Assembly: GCA_950097015.1 (NCBI GenBank)
Contig: CATNEN010000024.1
Span: 1,240,001-1,304,000 of the forward strand
Direction of reading: 5' to 3'
Origin: Macrostomum hystrix
Lineage: Eukaryota > Animalia > Platyhelminthes
Length of the DNA stretch: 64,000 bases
Both the position numbers and the translations under genes were made by a program. Shown here piece by piece: positions 41,783 to 52,410 of this stretch. The notes beneath the pieces are model-generated. The model searched no databases. It was not told where the DNA came from and saw only the letters and a list, made by a program, of their open reading frames with translations. How positions within the stretch are numbered: position 1 is the first letter of the stretch; the number at the start of each line of letters is the position of its first letter.

Positions 41783-44700
41783 ATTCGCTTCCTCCTGCAG
41801 CTTCACAGACTGCCAAACTGGACGATGTCAGCAGCGCCTTAAATCGATCCGCTGATTCTGAGAGACAAGTCAGCTGCCTTGATTCGCTTCCTCCTGCAGC
41901 TTCACACACTGCCAAACTGGACGATGTCAGCAGCGCCTCCGATCGACCTGGTGAGTCCCGCTTGACAATGCCATATGAATAAGAGCTAAAACAGACCTAT
42001 TTCAGAGTTGAAATATTAAAAACGCATTTCCTGGAACACTGCTGAAAGACACTAAACAGTCGGCATCGTTCAGCTTAGAAGACAGGGCATTGTTGGGACA
42101 TGCAGATCAAAGTGTGTCGCGATAAACCAGGGCATTGTTGGGACATGCAGTTCAAAGTGTGTTTCGATTAAACAGGGCATTGTTGGGACATGCAGATCAA
42201 AGTGTGTTCCGATTCAACAGGGAATTGTTGGAACACAAGATATTATGTAAAGTGCATGCAGGAGTTAAGAGTGCTCAACGTTTTCTCCTTTGTGTGCAGA
42301 TTCGGTTGCTAAGAAAAAGAAGAAGCGAGGCAGCAGCGGCAACGGCCCTTTGGCTCTAAAGTCTGTCAAATTTGACGATGTCAGCAGCGCCTCTGATCGA
42401 TCCGCTAATTCTGAGAGCGAAAGCGTCTGCTTCGATTCGCTTCCTTCTGCAGCTTCACAGACTGCCAAACTGGACGATGTCAGCAGCGCCTCTGATCGAT
42501 TACCTGAGTTCAGGGGCAACGTCGGGACAGGCGTGATGTTTGAGAAGTTGTCTTTTGTTGGCCATTCTCAATGTTCTATTGAGGCTGACGCATTTTTGGG
42601 CGCGGCAGATGATGCTGCAACGTTTGCTCTTCTTGAACCAGTTACTGCAACTTTTACTCGAAGTGGATTGTCTTTTGCTGCTGGGTGCGGTGACCCGTAT
42701 GCTTTGTCACCGTGTGACTCAGCTCAAAGCCTGGTGGATTCTGACTAATCTGGTTCATTGTGAACTAACCGAAGTTCCTGTCGAACACGTTTTACGTGAT
42801 TTTAGCGATCTATCAATGCCATCTCAGATTGTAAACTATGTTAGTACCGAAGAAGTAAAACATCATGAAAGTAGTCTTCATTCTCATCACGGTGATATGT
42901 TTGGCCCTCAGACGACACATGAAGTTTTACCTGAAGGGTGGCTCAACTGTAAGACAAATCGAAGAGAACTCTGAATCTGTAGACTTTGATTTGCCGTGCA
43001 AAGCAGAAAAATGTCAACCTAAAGGCAGTGTAGTTTTGCAGAAGTTTGTTTCCTCGATTACCAAGATCCACCACTGCAAATATTGTGGCAAAATGTTGAC
43101 AAAAATCTCGAGACATTATAAAACTTCTCACAAGAAGGAATCTGATGTTATGTGCATACTTAAGATGCACAACAAGTCACGCCGAAAGAGGGCGTTTAAA
43201 GCTTTAGAAAGTGAAGGCGACTTCGTTCATAATGGAATAGTGTTAGCAAAGCAAGAGGGAGAACTGATAATTGCTAGGCGGCAAAAGGACGATGAAAACA
43301 GTCCGGATGACTTTTTGCCTTGTCATACGTGTTTTCAATTCATAAAAAAATCTTCTTTACCGACACAAGAATACTTGCTCAGGAAGCCTGCACGATATTC
43401 TTGAGGAAGACAGCAATGACAATGAAAGTGAGGATTCAATAGACTCTGCGAAGTCAATGCAGGAAAAAGAAAACCGAAGTGTTTCGACCAAATACTGCCA
43501 GCAGCTGTCACGCCTTCTATTGTCAAATCCGGCAGCGGGATCGAATCTCTTAGATCCTGAGTCAGAACTCTACAAGACCGTGCTGTCGAAGCTTGCTGCT
43601 GACGACGTTTTTCATGTTATTTGTACGGAGGATCTTATTCTTCGTATCGGAGAGCGGTATAGATCAAAGCAGAAGTAGCTCAACCGGCAGCATGTTTCAA
43701 GCGTTATCAGAGATGCTGCACGCATCTTAATCGAGCTTCGGAAAATTCACGGAAATCATAGCTTGAAGCATTTCTTACAGCCACACTTTTTCGACGACTG
43801 GATCGACATAATAAGACAATTATCTAAAGATGCACCATCATTTGCACTTCGAGCAGGAAATTTTATTCCTCATCTATGCAACATAGTGATTGGAGACGCC
43901 ATCCGTAAAGGGGATGATAGTTTAAAAAAGTCAACGTCCGATTTCCTTACGTTGAAAACCACGGAGTACCATCCACTTGTCACCGCTAAATGCTTGAAAG
44001 ACTAAACGATAAAGCATCACGTCCACAGGACTCAGTGCCTCTGACATCGTCGCCGTCTCTACTTTTATTAAATCCGCAATCGCTAGAACAATTGAGGAGG
44101 CAGAAGATGCGCTAAAATATAGTAAATCGTCAATGCCTCGTTTGTATCGCGAGCTTGTTTACTTGGTAATGACAAAACTAGCATTTTACAACCGACGTCG
44201 CTCAAGCGAGATTTCTGAATTGGATTTTGATCTTATAAAGTCCATGCATCAATCCCACACGCATGAGGATTTGCATAAGTACATGTCACCGCTAGAGCAG
44301 AAACTGGCTAGCAGATTAAAAATTGTCAACATAGCAGGGAAGAAAGGCCGCTCCGTCCCAATACTAATTGAACAGCTTTGCTGGAATGGAATCCTTTGCA
44401 TTGAAAAGTGCAGAAAACAGGCCGGAGTCAAGGACAACAACAACTTCGTATTCGCCATTCCGGGCTACGATGAGTCTGTATACCGCTGTTCAGTTGCGAT
44501 CGACCAAGTTGTACGCCTCGGTAACTTGGAGTTAAAGAGACCGGAATTACTACGATCAAGATATTTGAGACGCCACTGCGCTACTGTTTCACAACTGCTT
44601 GATTTGAAGCCAGCAGAACTGGACTGGCTTGCACGGCACCTTGGACATGACATAACAGTTCACAGGCAGTACTACAGAATGCACCAAAACACACTTGAGT

Positions 44701-45668
44701 TGACCAAAGTTTCACGAATTCTGGAAATTATGGACAGCGGAAAACTTGGTCACTTCAAGGGCCGAAAACTCGAGAACATTACTTTAGAAGAAATGGACAA
44801 TGTGCTACCCATCGGAGCCGACGAAATCGACGTAGAAGCCTCTGCGTCCGCTGAACAAAGCAGCCGAAGCGAAGCAGCAGCAACGATTATTCAAACGATT
44901 GCTCGCCTTTAACGGTTGCCAAAGTCAGTCCAAGAGAGTTGGCCTCAGCAATCAAGGTCCAACGACAGCCCAACATGGCGACAGGTCACCACCGTCCAGC
45001 AAAGAAGACGGCATCACAAACAAGTTTTCCCGGAGAGTTGCAAAGGCAAACGCGAAACATTCAAAGAAAGCTTCGAAGTCAGGTGAGGAGACGATAAAAG
45101 ATTCAGCTTGAAATCCTATATAAATAGGAGCTAAAGCAGGGCTAATAAACTTTTCGGTTAATATTAAAAACGCATTTCCTGTAACACTCCTGAAACTGAA
45201 AGACACTAAACAGTCGGCATCTCTCAGCTTAGAGAACAGGGCATTGTTGGGACATGCAGATCAAAGTGTAATGTGATTGTATTGAAAAGCACATTGTTAG
45301 GATATGCAGACCAAAATGTGTGTTCTCATTGTGTGAACTCCCTGATAGTGTTTTGACCGACTTAGTGCTAGGTTATGTTATTGCTGTATGTATGGTAGGT
45401 ATGGTATGGTATCTTATTTAAGTTAGATATTGCAGTGTTCCGCATTGCCTCATTACGTGCATATGTCTACTTTCCTTTTTCAGCAAAGCGGCTCACAGAT
45501 GAACAGAAGAAGGATATGTGCGAGGCATTCGCTGACTTCATTCAGCAAGGCACTCTTCCTGGGAAGAAGGATAATCTGGAGCTGCGGCCTGATTCGATGG
45601 CTAACATTGAATGGAAACAAATCAAAGACAATTTGAGGGTAGCAGTGGTTAAGGCTCGCAACAATTAG
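41783..45668 (+). pseudogene. Intron-containing tyrosine-recombinase gene (copy B), disrupted by several frameshifts and a nonsense codon
   Basis: Exons ?-41950, 42299-45082 and 45484-45668 (phase-1 introns). Encodes HHCKYCGKMLTKISRHYKTSH, FLPCHTC, FYNRRRSSEISEL (box I Arg), AGKKGRSVPIL (Lys), LRSRYLRRHCAT, ARHLGHDITVHRQYY (His, Tyr). Frameshifts near 42750-42960, 43350, 44000, 44050 and 44910; TAG at 43676. Confidence 0.85.
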
Positions 45669-45723
45669 TAAAAGAAGTAATTCGGCTTTCTTGCTTTTCG
45701 GGACTAATAGTTTCAATTATTAG

Positions 45724-48700
45724 ACTGGAGTTGTCGATGTTGGAGACAGCGTCAAGCAGTTGTCCACCAGCACAGAGGCGGCGCCTCCAGCGACTACAGC
45801 AGCTCAACCGAGCGCCATCACAGATCCGAGCCCGTCAAAGTCGAAGAGACTATCCAAGAATAGTAGAAAGCGCAGTGCAGGTGAGTCTCAGAGTCTTTGT
45901 TTCAATCCTCTTACAGTAGGAATAGGGATAATGACTGAAGTTCAGAATGTTGTTGATCAGTGGACAGGGATTATTGGGACACTGTTATTGAGCTACATAC
46001 TTAGATTCGGAGGGACTTTAGGGCTGTGTGGTAGTTTGACGGTAGAACTATTGGGACATGTCGTGTGTGTAGTGCTCTCGAAAGGGAATGAAGTGGCTAG
46101 AGCTTTGTCCTACAACTTCTTGACACTCAAGAAGTCTGAAAGTGTCAAAACTAATTTAAAACCTGCATGATGTTGTTGATTTGATACAAAGCATTCCACA
46201 GGTGAGATGAAATTTGTAAACTCTGCTTTGAAAAATGTTAACACAGGTGCCGGCTCTGACAGTCAGGAGCAGTTGTCCACCAGCACAGAGGCGGCGGCGC
46301 CTCCAGAGACTGCAGCAGCTCAACAGATCGTGTCCAGCGAAACTTCTGCTGCCGGTGCAGCCAACAGATCAGTGGAGTCGAGCGAGCCGACTGGAGTTGT
46401 CGATGTTGGAGACAGCGTCAAGCAGTTGTCCACCAGCACAGAGGCGGCGCCTCCAGTGACTACAGCAGCACAACAGTTCGTGCCCAGCGAAACTTCTGCT
46501 GCCGGTGCAGCCAGCGCATTGTTTAACGGACTTTTGCAGCCAGGCTTTGGAGATGGATGTGCCAGCTACATTTCTCTGAAGGTTGTTTCCGATCCGTATG
46601 CATATTTGGATTGTTCAGCAAGTGGCGAGGTTGTTGACGACCAGAAACATGTCGAATTCTCTGTCCCATCTGAAGATTGTGGTTCGGTTAATCTTTTGCT
46701 AGCTTGTAATTCTGATAATGCGAACTTGGACTTCGCCAATTCCTACTTCGAGGAAGTGGATTTCAATGGTGCTGTTGACTTTAGTGATGCATCAATGCCG
46801 GCGCAACTGGCCCTTTTCGTTGTTGCAACTGATTCAGCTGCAGATGCAGAAGTGCCAAAGTGTTTCAAGGCGTCACCGTGTCGACCGGAGACATCTGGCC
46901 CTGCAGTGGAGTCTACTGGTCCATGTGCTGCACAAAAAGTTGAAACTTCTAGTGCAATGTGCCTAGATGACGAAAGCAATTCTGTTTCAATGCAGCTGCC
47001 TGTATGTGCTGAGAAAAAAGCCGATTGTTCTGTTGTCTTGCAAAAGCTTGTTACTTCGACCACTAAGGCACACAGTTGTAAATACTGTGGCAAAGTTTTA
47101 ACGAAAATTTCTCGGCATTACAAGACGGCACACAGGAAGGAAATTAATGTCAGTCGCATTCTAGACGTTAAGAATAAGGCTCGCCGAAAGCGTGCATTTC
47201 GGGCATTGGAGAATGAAGGAGACTATGTGCACAATAAGTCGGTTCTTGCGAAGAATAAAGGAGAGCTAATCATTGCTAGAAGACAAAAGGACGATGAAAG
47301 TAGCCAATATAAATTTCTACCTTGTCACATATGTTATCAATTTATGAAAAGCGATCTGCTGTATCGTCACAAAGAAACATGTTCCGGTGGCCTCAGTGAC
47401 ATTCTAGAGAAGGATGAAGATGATGAGAATTCCGAACCGGAAGAGGAAAAGCCGTCAAAAAGTCAATCTTGCAAACAATTGTCTCGTCTGCTACTTGCTG
47501 ATTCGAAGCCTGCCTCTGAGCTTCTAAATGCAGAATCCGATTTTTATCAAACCGTTGTGTCTAGGCTGGCTTGCGGTGAAATTTTTGACACCATTTGCAA
47601 TGAAGAACTAATCGTTAAATTAGGAGATCGTTATTTGTCAAAGCAAAAGAAGGTCAACCGACAACATGTTGCAAGTGTTGTAAGAGATGCGGCTCGAGTT
47701 CTCATTGAACTTAGAAATATGCATGGAGAATACAGTCTCTTGCATTTTCTGCAGCCCGTTTACTTCGATGACTGGATTGAAGTAATAAAGAAACTCTCCG
47801 GCGACGCCCTTACGTTTGCGCTTCGCGTCGGTAACTTTCTTCCACACCTGTGCAATATTGTCATTGGAGAGGCAATTAGAAGAGGCAATGACGAGTTAAG
47901 GAAATCGACAGCAGACTTTTTTTGCAACTAAAAACGACCGAATACCATCACCTCGTAACAGCGAAGAGCCTAAAAATGTTAAGCGAACGAGCTGCTTTGC
48001 AACAAGATTTTGTGCCACTTACAGACGACATTGTAATGATCTCAACGTTTATCAAAACTGCTATTCCTCGACGGATTGAAGCACTAATGAATAGAGAAGA
48101 TGACCAGAATCTACCAATTTTGTATCGTGAGCTTGTATTCCTTGTGATGACAAAGCTGTGTTTTTATAATCGACGCCGGTCCAGCGAAATTTCGCAATTA
48201 ACTTTTGAAATGCTTGAGGCTGCAGACATATTACATACGCACGAAGATCTACAATTACCTATCGCCGCTCGAAAAGCAACTAGCCTCGAGATTAAAAGTA
48301 GTAAAAATTTCTGGAAAAAGAGGCCGTTCAGTCCCGATTTTATTTGAAGCGATTTGCTGGGATGCTCTAAAGTGCATTAGGGCTTGCCGCGAGGATGCCG
48401 GTGTGAAGAAAGTTAACAGCTTTGTTTTTGCCATCCCTGGATATGAAAAATCTGTTTATCGCTGCCCTGTGGCTATTGACCAAGTCGTCCGTTTAAGCTC
48501 ACTTGACTTGAAGCGACTTGATCTTCTTCGATCAAGATTTCTGAGAAAGCATTGCGCGACAGTATCTCAGCTCCTGGACTTAAAGGAGCACGAATTAGAT
48601 TGGTTGGCACGTCATTTAGGCCATGATATTGCTATACATCGTCAATTTTACCGAATGCACCAGAACACAATAGAACTGACAAAAGTTTCTAGAATTCTCG

Positions 48701-49439
48701 ACCTACTTGATACTGGAAGGCTTTCGCAGTTTAAAGGTCGTAGTCTCGAGGACATTACACTCGACGAGCTCGAAGAGAAATACCCGATCCGCGGTGACGA
48801 TGTAGCGGCTCCAGTAGAAGCACTAGAAGGCCCAGAAGTTGCCATTCCTAGGGTGGAGATCGGATTCACCAATTCTTCGGCTTCAGTTGCGACCCATTCA
48901 GCTATGTCGTCTGATTGCATGCCTTTGTCTTCTATGGCCACTCAAAAAGCGTCCCCTAAGAAGAAGCCTGCACAAAAGGCCAATTCTGCCTCTAAAAGTG
49001 AGCTAATATTACGTATTTCATATTCTTATGTGGCTTTTAGAGGGAATTTAGAGCCTTAGGCTTACACCTAGTTTATTCGAATATCGATACGTACTTTTTA
49101 TGACGTAGCTAAATCTTAAGAGTAAATGACAATAATTCAACAATTGTATCAAGTAAGTTGATGTATACTATTATGTTAGTTTTTGATGGCGATCTGAAAC
49201 GTACGCTGGCCACCATTTGCAAAATACGAGGGGATAAAAAAGTAATTTTAATTTTGTTTTCAGAAATGCCGCTCTCATCCGAACAGAAGGCCCAAATGTT
49301 GAAGGCCTACAGCAGTTTCATTGCGAAGAAGGTTCTACCAGGAAAAAAAGATATCGACTCTTTTCGGCCTGACAACCTGGTGAATGTTCATTGGAAGCAA
49401 ATTAAAGACAATCTGAGGGTGGCGATAGCGAAAAAATAG
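45724..49439 (+). CDS. Intron-containing tyrosine-recombinase gene (copy C), about 1,030 aa if two compensating frameshifts are corrected
   Basis: Exons 45724-45880, 46247-48997 and 49264-49439 total 3084 nt (multiple of 3). Motifs HSCKYCGKVLTKISRHYKTAH, FLPCHIC, FYNRRRSSEISQL, SGKRGRSVPIL, LRSRFLRKHCAT, ARHLGHDIAIHRQFY; last exon PLSSEQK...VLPGKKD...HWKQIKDNLRVAI. Frameshifts at about 47920 (T7 run) and about 48250. Confidence 0.8.
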
Positions 49440-49499
49440 CAGACTTTTCCCCGTTTTATTGATTTATGAGTAATTTTTCTATGTGAACACTAGCGCAAC

Positions 49500-50182
49500 C
49501 CCAAGAATGTGTGTTCACCGCCATACAAAAGTCTGTGTCCCAACAACTCCAAGAGTGTGTTCACCGACATACAAAAGTCTGTGTCCCAACAACTCCAAGA
49601 GTGTGTTCACCGCCATACAAAAGTCTGTGTCCCAACAACTCCAAGAGTGTGTTCACCGACATACAAAAGTCTGTGTCCCAACAACTCCAAGAGTGTGTTC
49701 ACCGACATACAAAAGTCTGTGTCCCAACAACTCCAAGAGTGTGTTCACCGCCATACAAAAGTCTGTGTCCCAACAACTCCAAGAGTGTGTTCACCGCCAT
49801 ACAAAAGTCTGTGTCCCAACAACTCCAAGAGTGTGTTCACCGCCATACAAAAGTCTGTGTCCCAAAAACTCCAAGAGTGTGTTCACCGACATACAAAAGT
49901 CTGTGTCCCAACAACTCCAAGAGTGTGTTCACCGCCATACAAAAGTCTGTGTCCCAACAACTCCAAGAGTGTGTTCACCGCCATACAAAAGTCTGTGTCC
50001 CAAAAACTCCAAGAGTGTGTTCACCGACATACAAAAGTCTGTGTCCCAAAAACTCCAAGAGTGTGTTCACCGCCATACAAAAGTCTGTGTCCCAATAACT
50101 CCAAGAGTGTGTTCACCGCCATACAAAAGTCTGTGTCCCAAAAACTCCAAGAGTGTGTTCACCGACATACAAAAGTCTGTCC
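49500..50182 (+). repeat. 46-bp minisatellite just 3' of recombinase copy C
   Basis: Unit caagagtgtgttcaccgccatacaaaagtctgtgtcccaacaactc, about 15 copies. Confidence 0.95.
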
Positions 50183-50431
50183 CAAACAACGCCCATAACT
50201 GGACGTTGGCGGAGGCGCTCGAGCATCAAGCTGGCTTGCTGCGCCCGCCGCATTTACGCTCATAATCAAGCAACAACTAGGGGGCGGGGTGACCGGCCCT
50301 TTCGGCTGGAGACCCAAAAGTAATGGGGACCAAGATAATTTTTCACCGAAACAGCCGTCGGAGGGGGGTCCACGATAATTCACATTAGGTCCGCCCCAAC
50401 TCCGCCCGTTCGGAAAATATTTGGTGGGCCA

Positions 50432-51085
50432 CTGTGTGAAACATTTATTCAGCTTTAATTTCTAAACTGGTGTGAAACATTTATTCTGCTTTAGTTTCTA
50501 AACTGGTGTGAAACATTTATTCAGCTTTATTTTCTAAACTGGTGTGAAACATTTATTCTGCTTTATTTTTTAAACTGGTGTGAAACATTTATTCAGCTTT
50601 ATTTTCTAAACTGGTGTGAAACATTTATTCTGCTTTATTTTCTAAACTGGTGTGAAACATTTATTCTGCTTTAGTTTCTAAACTGGTGTGAAACATTTAT
50701 TCTGCTTTATTTTCTAAACTGGTGTGAAACATTTATTCTGCTTTATTTTCTAAACTGGTGTGAAACATTTATTCAGCTTTATTTTCTAAACTGGTGTGAA
50801 ACATTTATTCAGCTTTATTTTCTAAACTGGTGTGAAACATTTATTCTGCTTTAGTTTCTAAACTGGTGTGAAACATTTATTCTGCTTTATTTTTTAAACT
50901 GGTGTGAAACATTTATTCAGCTTTATTTTCTAAACTGGTGTGAAACATTTATTCTGCTTTATTTTCTAAACTGGTGTGAAACATTTATTCTGCTTTATTT
51001 TCTAAACTGGTGTGAAACATTTATTCTGCCTTATTTTCTAAACTGGTTTGAAACATTTATTCTGCTTTATTTTCTAAACTGGTGT
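50432..51085 (+). repeat. 36-bp AT-rich minisatellite
   Basis: Unit tgtgaaacatttattctgctttattttctaaactgg, about 18 copies. Confidence 0.95.
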
Positions 51086-52060
51086 CTTTTACATACTAAT
51101 TATTATAAGAAACGAATTTAGAGCAGCAAAGAATTTAGAAACGAAAATTTAGGGAAAATAAAAAAGGAATACGAGTGCTCGTAGTTGAGGAACAAACTTC
51201 TTTTTTATCTCGTTGGAATCGAAATATAAAGTTAGGTTTTGCCCTTTGAGCGCCTGATGCTTATCTGAGCAGACTCCGCCTCCATTGAATCACTAAACAC
51301 TAAAATTCTTCTCTCCATCTCCATCTTCTCTCCATCTCTCTCTAGATTACAAGTTTAAACAATGTACTTTGTAGCCCTTATTGCAATCGCAAAATATACT
51401 TCACATAGCCTGCTGGCAAGGCAGGCTATTTGAAGAGATAGTGCTTGTCGTATTTGGATAGCTGGGCTTCGGGCTTCGACTTCAGCGGCTGCCTTTCTTG
51501 TCCTCGGCAGTCCGCAATTCGCAATGCATGAGGCAGTTTGAGTGTTGAAATTGACAATGTTCATTATCTGATCTGTATTATGAGACAAGACAATTGAACT
51601 GCATTTTTCTTCTACACACCACGGATGGAAATCGTGGGTCATGGCTGACGTAATTCTATTGGGGCTTGTATGTGGTTTGTGGTTTGTGTGTGGTTTGTAT
51701 AAAATATGGTGCAATGTTTTCCCACATTTTGAGGCCAAGTGATCACTAGTTACAAATTGGTTGTAAGCGATTAAGCAATATTTTCTGAGACTATATTATT
51801 AGTTTGTACGAGTAATGCTCGTTGTTCTGGCTTGCAGTGCAATCTTACGACTGAATCCAGTCTTTGTACCTGAAACATGTCGATAGAAATACACATAGCG
51901 AAGCTGGTTAAAGTAGATATAATGCATTTTGCAATCGAAAAATATTTAGGAATGGAGTGTTGGACGCCTATGTCGGGACGTGTGTGTGTAATTTTTTGTG
52001 TGTGGGAGCAGTCCCCACATTTGCCCGGTTTTGCACACGTGGCCAACAAGTGCCCGGTGC

Positions 52061-52105
<45 letters not shown>

Positions 52106-52410
52106 ACTGACTGAAGAGAGCCAATTCCCTCAAGGTCATCTGGGTCAGCTTTGGTGACCAAATCCGCATCATGCCAAAACGAAGAGTGTCGGTGGGGAAG
52201 AGAGGGGAAGAGACTGGCAAGCTGCCAGTAAGCGCGGATATAGAACAGGCCAATAATCCCTCTCGTGGATTAGTCAAGCTAATAATCTGTTTCCAGATGG
52301 GCCAGTGCAACAAATCCCCACAATGCTTTCCTGCATTGCAATCGCAGGATCAGAAATTCTGTTCTTAAAAACAAACAAAGAAATTAGAATGCAATGAAGG
52401 AAAACTACAA

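Noticed and set aside
50420-50440. CACTGTG resembling a Transib/RSS heptamer end
   Set aside because: Overlaps the first unit of the 36-bp minisatellite, and no partner end or 5-bp TSD was found.
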